This document shows positions 9,450 to 20,000 of a stretch of DNA of 64,000 nt, piece after piece. The first letter of the stretch is position 1, and every line of letters starts with the position of its first letter. The stretch lies in the IMG/VR virus record IMGVR_UViG_3300042934_000619, positions 1-64,000 of that record; one strand, given 5' to 3'. The DNA is from a virus. Below the pieces are notes generated by a model, which was not told the DNA's origin, did not search any database, and worked only from the letters and a program-made list of their open reading frames with translations. The translations under genes were made by a program, and so were the position numbers.

Positions 9450-9528
9450 CGGTTGGCCGCCGACCGAACAGGCTGGGCATCTGCGGGTGCCTGGCCTCTT
9501 CGGTTTACGGACAGTGAAGGAGAAAAGC

Positions 9529-9744
9529 ATGAGTACCTGGCGACCGGGCAAGGGGTACGACTTCACCGGGACCCCTCCCCTTTACCAGTCCAGGCCGAAG
9601 CTCACCCCTGCGCAGCGTGACTTGATACGGCAACGCTGGGAGCAGGCGCAGGAGGGGGATGTCCCGCCTGTCCGGTGGGACTTCTGCAAGGCGCTGGCAC
9701 TGGAGTTCAAGGTGTCGGTGCACACGATCAACGGACTGCTCTGA
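9529..9744 (+). CDS. putative HTH-containing protein
   Basis: KLTPAQRDLIR...KALALEFKVSVHTI resembles an HTH. Confidence 0.55.
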   Translation: MSTWRPGKGYDFTGTPPLYQSRPKLTPAQRDLIRQRWEQAQEGDVPPVRWDFCKALALEFKVSVHTINGLL

Positions 9745-9907
9745 GAAGGGTGACATGAACACGAAGAAAGCTCTGAGCGCCCGCCTGATCGACGTTCAGA
9801 CCCCCACCTAGGCAACCACACCAGACCACCACTCACAGGGCCCGAGACGGGCACACAGCCACGTCTCGGGCCCTTCCCGCATCACACCACCGAAGGAGAC
9901 AGCGGAC

Positions 9908-10618
9908 ATGACCGACAACGACAGCACCAACGAGACGGTGTTCGGCTCCGACACCGCCAGCATCGTCACCACCTACGACAAGGAGAGCGCCGAGGCACAG
10001 CGGGCGTTCGACCTCGTCATCGACACCCACGAAGCGAACAGGCGCGCTGCCGAATCCGCCATCTACAAGGCGGCGGGCAGCACCCCCATGGCCCGACACC
10101 TGGCCAGCATGCTGAGCACCCTGGCCGCCGAGAGCGATCTGATCGTCAGGGCGAGGGAGGCCCGGCGCACCGCCGAGGCCGAGGCCGTGCAGAAGCGGGA
10201 CCTGGCCCTGTCCGAGCTGGACGACCCGTTCACCACGTACGTTCACGGCGCCTTCGCCGAGGACCAGGGCATCTACCGCGCCAACACCCTGCTGGAGAAC
10301 GCCCCCTTCACCTTCACCTCGCTGCGCAAGCTGGCCGACGACGAGGGATGGTGCGACGACTTCGAGTACCTCGCCCTCAAGGCGCTCAAGGAGGGAGCCC
10401 TGCCGGACGACACGATCGAGGTCCGCACCCGTGTTCCGTACCACGCCGTGCCTTCCTCGTACGGCGCCGAGGCGGGCGAGGAGTGGGCGGAGGTCTTCCA
10501 GGTTCACGCCTTCGTCCGTACGCACGACCAGTCTGGCAACCAGCACAGCCGTTACGCGCTGGAGCGCTACCGGGTGGGCTGCAGCACCTACGTGAAGGTC
10601 AGCGACGGCGAGGGCTGA
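9908..10618 (+). CDS. hypothetical protein
   Basis: RBS GAAGGAG, high GC3. Confidence 0.85.
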   Translation: MTDNDSTNETVFGSDTASIVTTYDKESAEAQRAFDLVIDTHEANRRAAESAIYKAAGSTPMARHLASMLSTLAAESDLIVRAREARRTAEAEAVQKRDLALSELDDPFTTYVHGAFAEDQGIYRANTLLENAPFTFTSLRKLADDEGWCDDFEYLALKALKEGALPDDTIEVRTRVPYHAVPSSYGAEAGEEWAEVFQVHAFVRTHDQSGNQHSRYALERYRVGCSTYVKVSDGEG

Positions 10619-10686
10619 CCTCTCGTTGCACCACCGGGAGGCGGGCATCCGGCCCGCCTCCCTTTCCATCAGCCCTGGAGTGTCCG

Positions 10687-10869
10687 GTGATCCACTTCTT
10701 CATCGGCCTGCTGCTCGGCCTGCTGGCCGCCGAACTCACCTTCGCCGTCACCGGCGACCGCACCCTCTACCTGATCGCGGGCATCGCCACCCCTGTCCTG
10801 TACTGGCTGATCGTCGCTGTGGCCAAGGGCAAGATCCGGTTCGACTTCGACTTCGACTTCTTCGACTGA
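10687..10869 (+). CDS. small two-TM membrane protein
   Basis: Two hydrophobic segments, FDFDFDFFD tail. Confidence 0.65.
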   Translation: MIHFFIGLLLGLLAAELTFAVTGDRTLYLIAGIATPVLYWLIVAVAKGKIRFDFDFDFFD

Positions 10870-10879
10870 GAGGCACGCC

Positions 10880-11461
10880 ATGAACCAGCCCATCCCCACC
10901 GGACCGGACCGCTTCGGTTTCGCCGAGGCCGACCACGACAAGGCCCGGCAGTACGAGTACGGCGACCCGGAGGAGGCGTACCACCGGCAGGCGGCGCAGT
11001 ACCACGCCACGCAGGCACAGACGGCGGTCTTGGTCATGCTGGTTGAGGTGATCGCCAATGCCACGGGCACCGACCACGACGACCTCGACGCCTGGCGGGA
11101 GAAGATCGGCCTGACGTGGCTGAAGGAGTGCCGCTCCTTCACGCAGCGCCGCCCGCAGTGCGCCGAGCAGCACACCGATGACTGCGACTACGCCAACAAC
11201 CGGGTACAGCCCCACCCCGAGCAGCCGCCCGCCGAAGAGCCCATCTCCGAGCCGGACCCCGCCCTGACCAGTCTGCTGGCCCGCTTCGAGCGCAAGTGGT
11301 CGTGCGAGGTGTTCCGCACCGGCTACCACAACGGCGACGAGTGCGGTCCGTCGGACCCGCACGGCGGGTGGAACTGCGGCTACGTCTGGGCGTTCCCGCT
11401 GCTGACCGACAAGGGCGCACGGGAGATCGGCCTGATCACCGACTCCACGAAGGAGGACTGA
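10880..11461 (+). CDS. hypothetical protein
   Basis: High GC3, coupled to downstream gene. Confidence 0.8.
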   Translation: MNQPIPTGPDRFGFAEADHDKARQYEYGDPEEAYHRQAAQYHATQAQTAVLVMLVEVIANATGTDHDDLDAWREKIGLTWLKECRSFTQRRPQCAEQHTDDCDYANNRVQPHPEQPPAEEPISEPDPALTSLLARFERKWSCEVFRTGYHNGDECGPSDPHGGWNCGYVWAFPLLTDKGAREIGLITDSTKED

Positions 11462-11748
11462 TGCCCGCCTGGTCCTGGACCCCTGTCCGGCTGCGCGTCC
11501 TGGCCGCACTGGTGGAGGCCGACTCCCTTGTGTGGCCGCAGGACCTGGCCCGCAGCCTCGACATCCCGTACGGCACCGTGTACGACACGCTGCGCCGGGC
11601 CTACGACGTGGGGTGGGCGGTCGGCATCACCCGGAAGGTGAGCCCCAGCCGCCCGGCCCGGGTTCTGTACCGCCTGACCGAGCAGGGCCGCGCCGAGGCT
11701 CCGGCTCTGCTGCGTCAGGCCGACACCGACACATCGAAGGAGACCTGA
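11461..11748 (+). CDS. winged-HTH (PadR-like) regulator
   Basis: GTVYDTLRR...GW...RVLYRLTEQGR pattern. Confidence 0.75.
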   Translation: MPAWSWTPVRLRVLAALVEADSLVWPQDLARSLDIPYGTVYDTLRRAYDVGWAVGITRKVSPSRPARVLYRLTEQGRAEAPALLRQADTDTSKET

Positions 11749-11996
11749 TGAAGACCACCATGCCCCGCTTCCACGCCCACTTCGCCGACGCCATCTCCAA
11801 GGGGGATACGTTCTCCCTGCGCCGGGACGGTGACAGTCCGGTGAAGGTGTACGCCCCGCCCATCAACATCAAGAACCTGGTGGGGGAGCGCCGCCACGTC
11901 ATCCTGCATGTCCATCTGCTCGACGACGACCGCAAGACGGGGCGGATGATCTTCTCCCCGTCGAACGTGGTGTACGTCCTGACCGAGGAGTCGTGA
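11748..11996 (+). CDS. hypothetical protein
   Basis: TGATG coupling. Confidence 0.7.
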   Translation: MKTTMPRFHAHFADAISKGDTFSLRRDGDSPVKVYAPPINIKNLVGERRHVILHVHLLDDDRKTGRMIFSPSNVVYVLTEES

Positions 11997-12304
11997 TGCC
12001 CCGCACCTACCGTTACGAGACGATCGGCCCGAAGGAGGTGCTGTCGGTCGCACTGCCGAACGGTATCGGCGTGGTGCACATCCGCACCGGCAGCGTCGAG
12101 GGCCGCACCGGTGACCCGGTGGTCGCCGTCGAGGTGGTGTCCGAAACGCTCGACACCCCCGCTGCCGACGGCCGGTACTACGAGTCCCGCTTCGACTCCA
12201 TGACCTACACCATCCGCCTGACCGGCCGCTTGCCGGACGCCGACTCGACCCGCTCCTGCGGATGCGGCGGCACCGGCATCCACGGCGTCGACCACGAGGA
12301 CTGA
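11993..12304 (+). CDS. hypothetical protein, paralogue of 960..1226
   Basis: Shared motif pattern. Confidence 0.8.
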   Translation: MMPRTYRYETIGPKEVLSVALPNGIGVVHIRTGSVEGRTGDPVVAVEVVSETLDTPAADGRYYESRFDSMTYTIRLTGRLPDADSTRSCGCGGTGIHGVDHED

Positions 12305-12305
12305 C

Positions 12306-12590
12306 ATGAAGTTCCGCTACCATCTCCCACTCACCACCCGCATCGAGGATGCCGAGCACGCGCACCTCCCCCGTTGCCAGGAGCCCACGGGCGTGATCGA
12401 ACGCGCCTGTCTGGGGTTCGCCGAGTTCACTCTGGCCTGGACGGTCAACGAGTCCGGTCTGCCTGGGCTCGGCGAGGACCGCATCGCTTACGTCTGCGGT
12501 CCGCACGTCCTCAAGCGCATCGACAAAATCCCGTTCGAGTACGCGGGGTCTGTCACCGTCACTCCCCTGAAGGAGATCCATGAGCAGTGA
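12306..12590 (+). CDS. hypothetical protein
   Basis: RBS GAGGA. Confidence 0.7.
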   Translation: MKFRYHLPLTTRIEDAEHAHLPRCQEPTGVIERACLGFAEFTLAWTVNESGLPGLGEDRIAYVCGPHVLKRIDKIPFEYAGSVTVTPLKEIHEQ

Positions 12591-12843
12591 CATCGAGCTG
12601 GCCGTCATGCAGTCCACCGCCCGCCCCACCGCCGAACGCCGGGCTGCCTTCCGTGCCCGGAACAAGCGGCTGCTGGCCGCCGGTCATCCACCGCAGGCCA
12701 GCTTCTACTACGGGGTGCCCGGCGAGGGCATCGCCATCGACTGCGGGATGTGCTCGTACTCGACGGGCACGTGGCCGGACGACGGCTCGGCGGAGGAGAA
12801 CTTCCACCGCCACTCCAAGACACACGACACGAAGGAGATCTGA
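12580..12843 (+). CDS. hypothetical Zn-finger-like protein
   Basis: CGMC...H...H. Confidence 0.65.
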   Translation: MSSDIELAVMQSTARPTAERRAAFRARNKRLLAAGHPPQASFYYGVPGEGIAIDCGMCSYSTGTWPDDGSAEENFHRHSKTHDTKEI

Positions 12844-13157
12844 TGCCCACCTACCTGAAGCTCCAGGAGTCCTCCCTGCCCAACGGCGTGCTGCCGTGGG
12901 CGGTGATCGGCGATGAGGAGGGAACCGTCGTCGTCCCGTCGTCCCTGCTGGGGATGGAGCGGGTGGTCGGCTTCCAGCGTGACGCCGACGTTCAGCAGGT
13001 GGACCTGTGGTGGAGGGACGCGCTCGCCGACCCGGCGCAGGCCGTCGGGATGTACGTGGTGACGACCACCACCGACGGCAGGATGCAGCACGGCATGTCG
13101 CCGGTCTCCACGGTCACGCTCTCCGACTACGAGCAGCCACTGCCGGTGGAGCGCTGA
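12843..13157 (+). CDS. hypothetical protein
   Basis: TGATG coupling, RBS AAGGAG. Confidence 0.75.
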   Translation: MPTYLKLQESSLPNGVLPWAVIGDEEGTVVVPSSLLGMERVVGFQRDADVQQVDLWWRDALADPAQAVGMYVVTTTTDGRMQHGMSPVSTVTLSDYEQPLPVER

Positions 13158-13383
13158 CCATGACCATGATCGAGGGCTTCCCTCTCCCCGCCACCGCCCG
13201 TCACGACGCCAACGGCAACCACATCCCGCCGCACATCCCGGCATGGCACAGGACCCCCGGCGCTCACACAGTTAAGGGCTCGGAGGTGGAGGCGGACCAG
13301 CGCATGAAGGCGCAGTTCGCCGCCCACCTGGCGGAGCACCGCCGCCGTGGCGAGTCCGCCGTTGTGGTCGAGAGGATCTGACC

Positions 13384-13671
13384 ATGACGTACATCGACCG
13401 CTTCGCGTCCGAGTGCGGCGCCGAGAACGTCTACCAGATGCTGAGCCGGGCACGGCAGGAGCTGGAACACCGCTTCCCCGATGACGAGCGCCGCGAGATC
13501 CCCCGGGTGCTGGCCGCCTTTGAGGCGATCGACGAGGCGATGCGGGCAACCCGCCGCCTCCGTGACATCTTCAAGGGCAACGGCACTCAGACGGTGGCCG
13601 ACTTCATGCCGGACGACACCGGCTTCTCGGTCAACGACCGGCAGATGAACCCGAACTGCGACAAGTTCTGA
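13384..13671 (+). CDS. hypothetical protein
   Basis: RBS GAGGA. Confidence 0.7.
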   Translation: MTYIDRFASECGAENVYQMLSRARQELEHRFPDDERREIPRVLAAFEAIDEAMRATRRLRDIFKGNGTQTVADFMPDDTGFSVNDRQMNPNCDKF

Positions 13672-13686
13672 TCCACCACCCCATCG

Positions 13687-13713
13687 GCCCGGCACCGCAT
13701 GGTGCCGGGCTTT
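13687..13713 (+). terminator. hairpin, putative terminator
   Basis: GCCCGGCACC-GCAT-GGTGCCGGGC-TTT. Confidence 0.55.
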
Positions 13714-13732
13714 CCGCTGAAGGAGACATGAC

Positions 13733-14173
13733 ATGCCCGTCAACCGGGAGATGTTCGCCGAGATCGACAAGCTCATCACCGCCTTCCCCGAGCTGCACCG
13801 CCAGAACTACTGGCAGGAGGACGACACGGAGGCGACCGGCTCGTGCGGTACGACCCGCTGCGTGGCGGGCTGGGCCGTGTGGTTGAAGGCCAAGGAGATG
13901 GGGCTGGTCACCCGCAAGCGGGACTACGTCGCCCTGGACGTGCTGTACGCGGTGGCCGAACACCTGGGCATCAACACGAAGGACGGGTACGGCGCCAGGT
14001 ACGGCCAGGACCGCATGTACATGACGGTCGGCGCTCGCCTGCTGGGTCTGAACAAGGACAAGGCGCACGCCCTGTTCATGAACATGAGCGACGACCTGGT
14101 CGCCGCGCGGGTGAAGTCGTACGCCGAGGCCGGTGAGGGCAACCCCGACAAGGAGATCGCCGCGCTGCGCTAG
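13733..14173 (+). CDS. conserved phage hypothetical protein
   Basis: H.Q..W...CGT..C.AGWA motif. Confidence 0.8.
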   Translation: MPVNREMFAEIDKLITAFPELHRQNYWQEDDTEATGSCGTTRCVAGWAVWLKAKEMGLVTRKRDYVALDVLYAVAEHLGINTKDGYGARYGQDRMYMTVGARLLGLNKDKAHALFMNMSDDLVAARVKSYAEAGEGNPDKEIAALR

Positions 14174-14303
14174 GCCGCCGCGCCGAAGCAGCCGCCCAGG
14201 GACGTGGCTCCTCGGACGGCTGCGCACCACCCGGCCGGGCGCGGTGAGGTGATGCTTCGCCAGCCTGGCATGGCGTGGCCCCTGTTCAGGGAGCCACGCC
14301 GTT

Positions 14304-14879
14304 TCAGATCCTGACCCGCTTGAATCCCCGCCACGACCGGGAGGCGGTGGGTCCGCTCTGCCCGTGGTACCGGGAGCCGTGTTCCGCGCTCCCGTATCCG
14401 GCGACGGCGGGTGTCTGCATGCGGAAGAAGCACAGCTGCCCGATCTTCATCCCGGACCACAGCTTGATCGGCAGGTTGGCGAGGTTGCTCAGCTCCAGCG
14501 TGACGGTTCCCCCGAAACCGGGGTCGATGAATCCCGCTGTCGAGTGGGTGATGAGCCCGAGCCTGCCGAGTGAGGACTTCCCTTCGAGCCGGGCCGCGAT
14601 GTCCAGCGGCAGCTCGATGCATTCGTACGTCGAGGCGAGAACGAACTCGCCGGGGTGCAGGATGAACGGCTGCTCGTGCGACACGGTGACGAGGCTGGTC
14701 ATCCCGTTCTGCTCGATGGCCGGGTCGATGCAGGTGTACCGGTGGTTCTCGAAGACCCGGAAGTCGGCGTCGAGCCGGACGTCGAGGCTGGACGGCTGGA
14801 TCATCTCGTCGTCGAACGGATCGACCGTGATGTGCCCGGCCTCGATCTCGTTGCGGATGTCCCTGTCACTGAGAAGCAC
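14304..14879 (-). CDS. dcd: dCTP deaminase
   Basis: [50 protein letters not shown] motifs. Confidence 0.97.
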   Translation of the reverse strand: MLLSDRDIRNEIEAGHITVDPFDDEMIQPSSLDVRLDADFRVFENHRYTCIDPAIEQNGMTSLVTVSHEQPFILHPGEFVLASTYECIELPLDIAARLEGKSSLGRLGLITHSTAGFIDPGFGGTVTLELSNLANLPIKLWSGMKIGQLCFFRMQTPAVAGYGSAEHGSRYHGQSGPTASRSWRGFKRVRI

Positions 14880-15330
14880 GCTGCCATCCTATCGACGGAA
14901 CCCGGGCCACTGGTCACGGAGGCCCGGGTCCACCTCGTCGTCCCCTGACTGTGTGGTCAGATGACTCGTTCATCCTATCGCTCAAAGGTTCGGTTGCGCC
15001 CCGTGGATCACGCGCCGGTGTTCGGCGACGGCCTGGTTCCCGCCTTGGATGATGAGCCAGCACCCCTCTTCGGGGCATTCCCTGGTGAACTCGCCCTGTG
15101 CCTGGTCTACGAGTTCTTGTGACTTGATGACGCCGTACCGGAACCCGGTGCGGGTCTGCTTGCTCTCGCTCATTCGCCTGTCGCCTTCCTCCACACGTGC
15201 CGTCCGAGCCGCATCCAGAGGTTCCGGTACATCCGGTGCCGCACGTACCTGTGCATGTTGTCGCTGTGCTCAAGCCAGACCCCGCCCCAGCGGATGCGGG
15301 GCTGTCCGCATTCGTCGCACGGAAGCACGC

Positions 15331-15627
15331 CTACCGCCTGACGATGATCTCGCGTGCGCGCTGGGCTGCGGTCCGCAGCGCCTCGTCGGAGTCGTCGGCC
15401 AGTTCCCAGTCCTCGGCGAGCAGGTGGTCGCTCAGCAGGTGGAAGTGGCCGCGCTGCCCGTTGTGCCGCTGGTGCATCAGCTCGGGTTCGTGACCGTCCC
15501 GGTACTCCAGGTACACGAACTTGTAGAGGGTGGGCTCGGCTCCGTTCGGCCTCGTCTCGGGGGCCCAGCGCTCACGCCGGACCTCTTCGCCGTTCTTCAT
15601 GGCACGCAGCGCCCATCCGAAGTCCAT
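15331..15627 (-). CDS. DUF2829 / Tad2-like protein
   Basis: MDFGWALRAMKNG..V.R..W N-terminus and LLAEDW C-terminal motif. Confidence 0.7.
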   Translation of the reverse strand: MDFGWALRAMKNGEEVRRERWAPETRPNGAEPTLYKFVYLEYRDGHEPELMHQRHNGQRGHFHLLSDHLLAEDWELADDSDEALRTAAQRAREIIVRR

Positions 15628-15697
15628 GCGCTCCACCTTCCCACAGTCCGGCGCCGGGCTTCCCGTGTTTTGCCCGGGTGGCTCGGCGCCCATCACG

Positions 15698-16009
15698 TCA
15701 GTTGTCGCGCATCGCCTTCCCACGGGCGTAGTTGATGTGGAGGGTCTTTCCGCACACGAGTGTGCCCTTGATCATCGTGACAGCACGCAGATCGATCATC
15801 TGTCCGTTGACGACCACCCGGGCCGACACGCGTCCACCGGTGACGTCGGCCAGGTGAGCTGCCACATCTGCTACACGATCCTCATCCGTGTCGTAAATCG
15901 GTGACCTCTCCTGCACAAGATCCAGTACACATTCGGCACACAGGTGCGGGGAGGGGCGGGGTCGGGAGCGTTCAGCCTCAAGGGCTTCGTTATACGTCTT
16001 GTACGTCAT
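15698..16009 (-). CDS. hypothetical protein
   Basis: ORF coupled within the minus-strand block. Confidence 0.65.
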   Translation of the reverse strand: MTYKTYNEALEAERSRPRPSPHLCAECVLDLVQERSPIYDTDEDRVADVAAHLADVTGGRVSARVVVNGQMIDLRAVTMIKGTLVCGKTLHINYARGKAMRDN

Positions 16010-16044
16010 TGTTCCATTTTCTCACATCTTCCGCTCATGCAGGG

Positions 16045-16491
16045 CTAGTTGAGGAACGACGTCACCGTGCCGTCCCTCCGCAGCCGGAAGTGACGACGGT
16101 TGATCTCCCCGCCCTGTACCAGCGTGGTCTCGCCGACCTCGACCCAGTGTTCGGTGCTGGCGACGAGCCCTCCGTGGTTACGTCCGTTGCACTGGCACTC
16201 GCACTCACTGCCCACCGCCTCGATGCACCGGGCGTCGCACCGGTTCAGCGGTCGGCTGTCGATGAAGATGTCCACCTCCCCAAACCGGTCGGCCATGGCC
16301 TCGGCCAGCGTCATCAGGTGGGGTCGGCTGATCTTCCAGACCTTCTCCACTCCGTCCCAGTCCGGACGGACCCTGTCTCCGAGCACCTCCCGTATCCAGC
16401 GCCGGTTGCCCGGTGCGTACGGCATCCGTGCTCTCAACCTTCCCTTGCCTGCGGGCCGGTGTACGGCGGCAGGCAGCACTGTCACTGTCAC
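16045..16491 (-). CDS. Cys-rich hypothetical protein
   Basis: CDARC..A....C.C.C.G.NHG motif. Confidence 0.75.
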   Translation of the reverse strand: MTVTVLPAAVHRPAGKGRLRARMPYAPGNRRWIREVLGDRVRPDWDGVEKVWKISRPHLMTLAEAMADRFGEVDIFIDSRPLNRCDARCIEAVGSECECQCNGRNHGGLVASTEHWVEVGETTLVQGGEINRRHFRLRRDGTVTSFLN

Positions 16492-16609
16492 ACCCCCGAC
16501 ACTACTGCACCGGTGCGTTACCTGGCAGTAACTTGTGGTGCCGGAGGTCGGTTTTCCTTCTCCGGGCCGTCCTCCGGAGCACATCAGTGCAGGTCAAGGC
16601 AGCTTTTCC

Positions 16610-17060
16610 CTGCCGTTCCGGAGGTACGGGGGTGATAGTGACCCCCCTCCGCCCTACATGCGTAAAACAAAAAAACATTTCCCCTCTCTCTGAGAAATTT
16701 TTTTCTTCCACATACACGAGGGGTTCTATATCTATCTCCGTATCTCCGGATAGAAGAGAGTAGAGAGTAGTAGTAGGTAGTTGACCTGCGAAAACGTGTC
16801 ACGGAGGTAGAGCCGGAGGTGGCCCGGAGGTGGGATCGCCGGGGATCCATCTCCCCCGGATGTCGAGGACATGACACCCGGAAAACAGCACCTGAGACAC
16901 CCTCCGGGGATGGTGTTCTCATCTCCGGAGGTAGAGAAACCGCAGGTCAGAGGGCATACGGGGAGGGAAAGAGCCATCTCCGGGGATGGGATCGCCGCTA
17001 TCTCCGGGGATGGGCATGCCGGACGAACCCCGGAGCTGGTCATCCTGTGCTCCGGGGGGT
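16610..17060. repeat. putative replication origin (iteron-like CTCCGG(G/A)G(A/G)T(G/A)G repeats plus AT-rich tract)
   Basis: Non-coding; repeated (AT)CTCCGGGGATGG / CCGGAGGT; A/T runs at 16664-16710; immediately downstream of the primase gene. Confidence 0.65.
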
Positions 17061-17071
17061 GTGCACCCCGA

Positions 17072-20000
17072 CTACGTCCGGTGCGGCTCGAAGAATCCCT
17101 GCTGCTCCGGTGCAGATTCGCCAGCCTGTTCGAGGCGTTCGGCTCTCCACTCGGAGCTGTTGGTCGTGGGGTTCTTCCGCCATCTCAGGACGAACCCGTG
17201 ACGGGGAGTGTCCTTGCGGGCCCCGAGCCACTTGCCGAACCCGACGGCGCTGTACGGCCTGCCGTTCTGGCGGACGGGGAACGACCCCTGCCACTGGTCC
17301 ATGCCGATACCGCCGGTGAACGTCGTGTACCGGGCCTGGTCCATGGTCTGGTACTTGGTGATCAGGTCCGAGGCTGACAGCCACTCGTCGCCGACCAGCT
17401 CGGTCCACTTCTGGAGGAAGAGCGCGTCCTGCTGCTTGTCCTCGTCGGTGTCCTTGACCGCCTCGCGGTTGCCGAGGAAGTCGTGGATGCCGTGGTGTGC
17501 GAGCAGCCCGCCGACGGCCTGCGCCCAGGGGGTGAAGGTCCGCATGGTCTGGTTGCCCTTCGGCATTCCGGCCGCCGCCCAGGACCGGATGAGGATGAGC
17601 AGGGAGCGCACGAGGGCCGCCCGGTTCTCTGCTTCTCCGATCCACTGGAGCATGTCGCCCAGGCAGAACGACTCGACCGGCCGTTCGTCGGGGTTCTCGG
17701 TCCCGGCGTCGAGCTGGATCAGCACGGTGCGGGTGGAGATGTCCGTGTTGACCTTGAGGTTGTTGCCGGTGGCGATCCACATCTTGTCGTTGGGCAGCGT
17801 GACGGTGGTGTTGCCGCCGAGCACGCGGTCCTTCCATACCTCCATCGTCAGCAGTGCGGCCAGAGCCGGGGAGTCGATGGTGGATCCGGTGGCGATGTTG
17901 TCGAAGTTCACGACCGGCGACGCCTGGTCCATGAGGATGGACGTGACGGTCTTGCGAAGTTCCTCGTCGCTGTTGCGGGGGAAGGTGTAGTCGCCGCCGC
18001 CGTGTGCTGCGGTGGCGAGCTGCGCGAGCAGGGTCTTGCCGGTTCCGGCGGTGTGTGCGCTGATGAGCTGGAGCGGCACCGGGCAGTTGGTGATGTTGCG
18101 GATCATCGGCGTGAACAGCATGCCGACAGCGTTGGCCCGGTCTGCGGTGGAGGCGAACGGGAAGTCGCGCAGCACCTGGTTCATCAGGAGGTCGAGTGCA
18201 CTCTTGACGTCCTCGCCGGTGGGGTTGTCGGGTACCGGGACGTAGCCGGACGGGAGTGCCAGCCACATGCCGGTGGCCCGGTCGAACCCGTGGTCCTGGC
18301 AGATGGTGCCGTCGGCGCGGACGAACGGTGCGTCGATGAGCCCGTGCAGGGTATCGACGCCGTCCCATTCCGGGTTGTCGAGGATGGATTCGCACAGGGC
18401 GCGGGTCGGAAGCGGGCTGTCGGTGCCCTTCTCCGTCTGCCGGTAGGGGATGGTGTAGGTGGCGACCAGGCGGCGCAGGGTGGGGGGCGTGATGTCCTTG
18501 GCCTGGTAGGTCGAGGTGTTGATTTTCCCCTTGGCGACGCGGACACCGCTGACCGGCTGGACGTGGACGAGCTTGCCGTCCCGGACGTAGGTCTCGGGGA
18601 AGACGCCGTTCTCGATCAGCTCGACGAGGTTGCTGTACTCCCGCAGTTCGTCACCCATGACGTAGACCGGGCGGCCGTCGCTGCCGTCCGGCGTGGCACG
18701 CGTGGCGTCTCTGTGTGCCGTGGCGTACAGGGACTTGAAGTCCCCGGCGGTCAGCTTGCAGGTGGCCTTGAGGAAGTCGCGCTCTTCCTGGCGTTCCTCT
18801 TCCCCGGCCCCCTTGTGGGCGAGCTGCTTGACGCGCCTGCGGGCCTCGTTCTTGCGGACGTTCGGATCATCGATCCGGTTCATCCGCTCGGCGAACGCAT
18901 CCCGGCTCTCGAACTCCTCTTCGACTTCCTGTTCCGGCTCAGGCGTGGGTCGCGCATCCTGCTCGACTTGCTCAACCTGCACGTCCGGGGCAGGTCGGGG
19001 TGCGGGGACGTTCTTCCACTGGTCGTACTGTGCCTGTGCCTGCTCGGGCTTGATGCGGGCGGCCCAGGCGCGCGGCTTGCCGGTGGCGTAGTTGCGCGCG
19101 TTGGTGATGGTGCGGGGGATCTCGGAGTCGTCGAGTCCGCAGACGCGGGATGCCTGCTCGAAGATGAACTCGACCTCACGGTGCGGGATCTGTCCGGCCT
19201 CGGCGTACTGGAACGCCATGCGGGCGTTGCGCAGGAGGGTCTCGTTGCGTCCGCCCTGTCCGGCGCTGGCGACCTCGTCGGCCAGTTCGTTGACGCGGGT
19301 GAGGACTTCGTCCCGGTCGGCGTCGGGCCGGGGCCCGAAGGGCAGGGCGACCGAGGGGGCAGGCTTCGGCCGGGCTTCCCGCTTCTCGATCTCGCCGACG
19401 ACCCAGGTGGGGAGGTCGGGGATGGTCTGCCCTCCGGTGGGGTCCCACTGGTACTGGCCGGTGACTTCGCCCTTGGTGTCGTCGTACACGAGGGAGGGGG
19501 TGGCGACCATGAGTCCGCCGACGGCCTTGATGTCGACGTGGTCGGCGAGTCCGTGCTTGCGTCCCTTGGCGTCGGTCGAGCCGGTGGAGGAGCGCAGCTC
19601 GTGTCCGTCGGGCAGGGCGAAGATCCAGTGCCAGCCGCCGGATGCGGTGACGGCTCGGGGTCCGAGGGGGAAGGGTTCGTATGTGGCTTCGAGGGACTGG
19701 ATTGACCGGTCGCCGTACTTGCCCTGGTGGTGTTTGATGTCGACGTCGACGCAGGCGATGCCGGACATTCCGCAGTTGATGCCGATGTTCGCGTGCGGGT
19801 TGTCGGTCCACCACTGGCGGATGACGTCGGGGTTGCGGGTTGCGGACCACAGGCCGTGGCATTTGCCGTAGCCCTCGGGGTGTGCGGTGCAGCTGTCTTT
19901 GCCGCTGGTGTGGGCGTCGGCTTCGTACCGGTCGCCGCCTTCTCGGCAGCGGGGGCAGTTCGCGAAGAAGCCCTTGGTGCCGGGCCGCATCTGGAAGACG

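Noticed and set aside
7629-9566. 645-aa minus-strand ORF and similar long antisense ORFs (e.g. 17483..19705 +, 31604..33403 -, 46286..47773 -, 60888..62777 -)
   Set aside because: Shadow frames of high-GC3 genes on the opposite strand; no motifs or RBS
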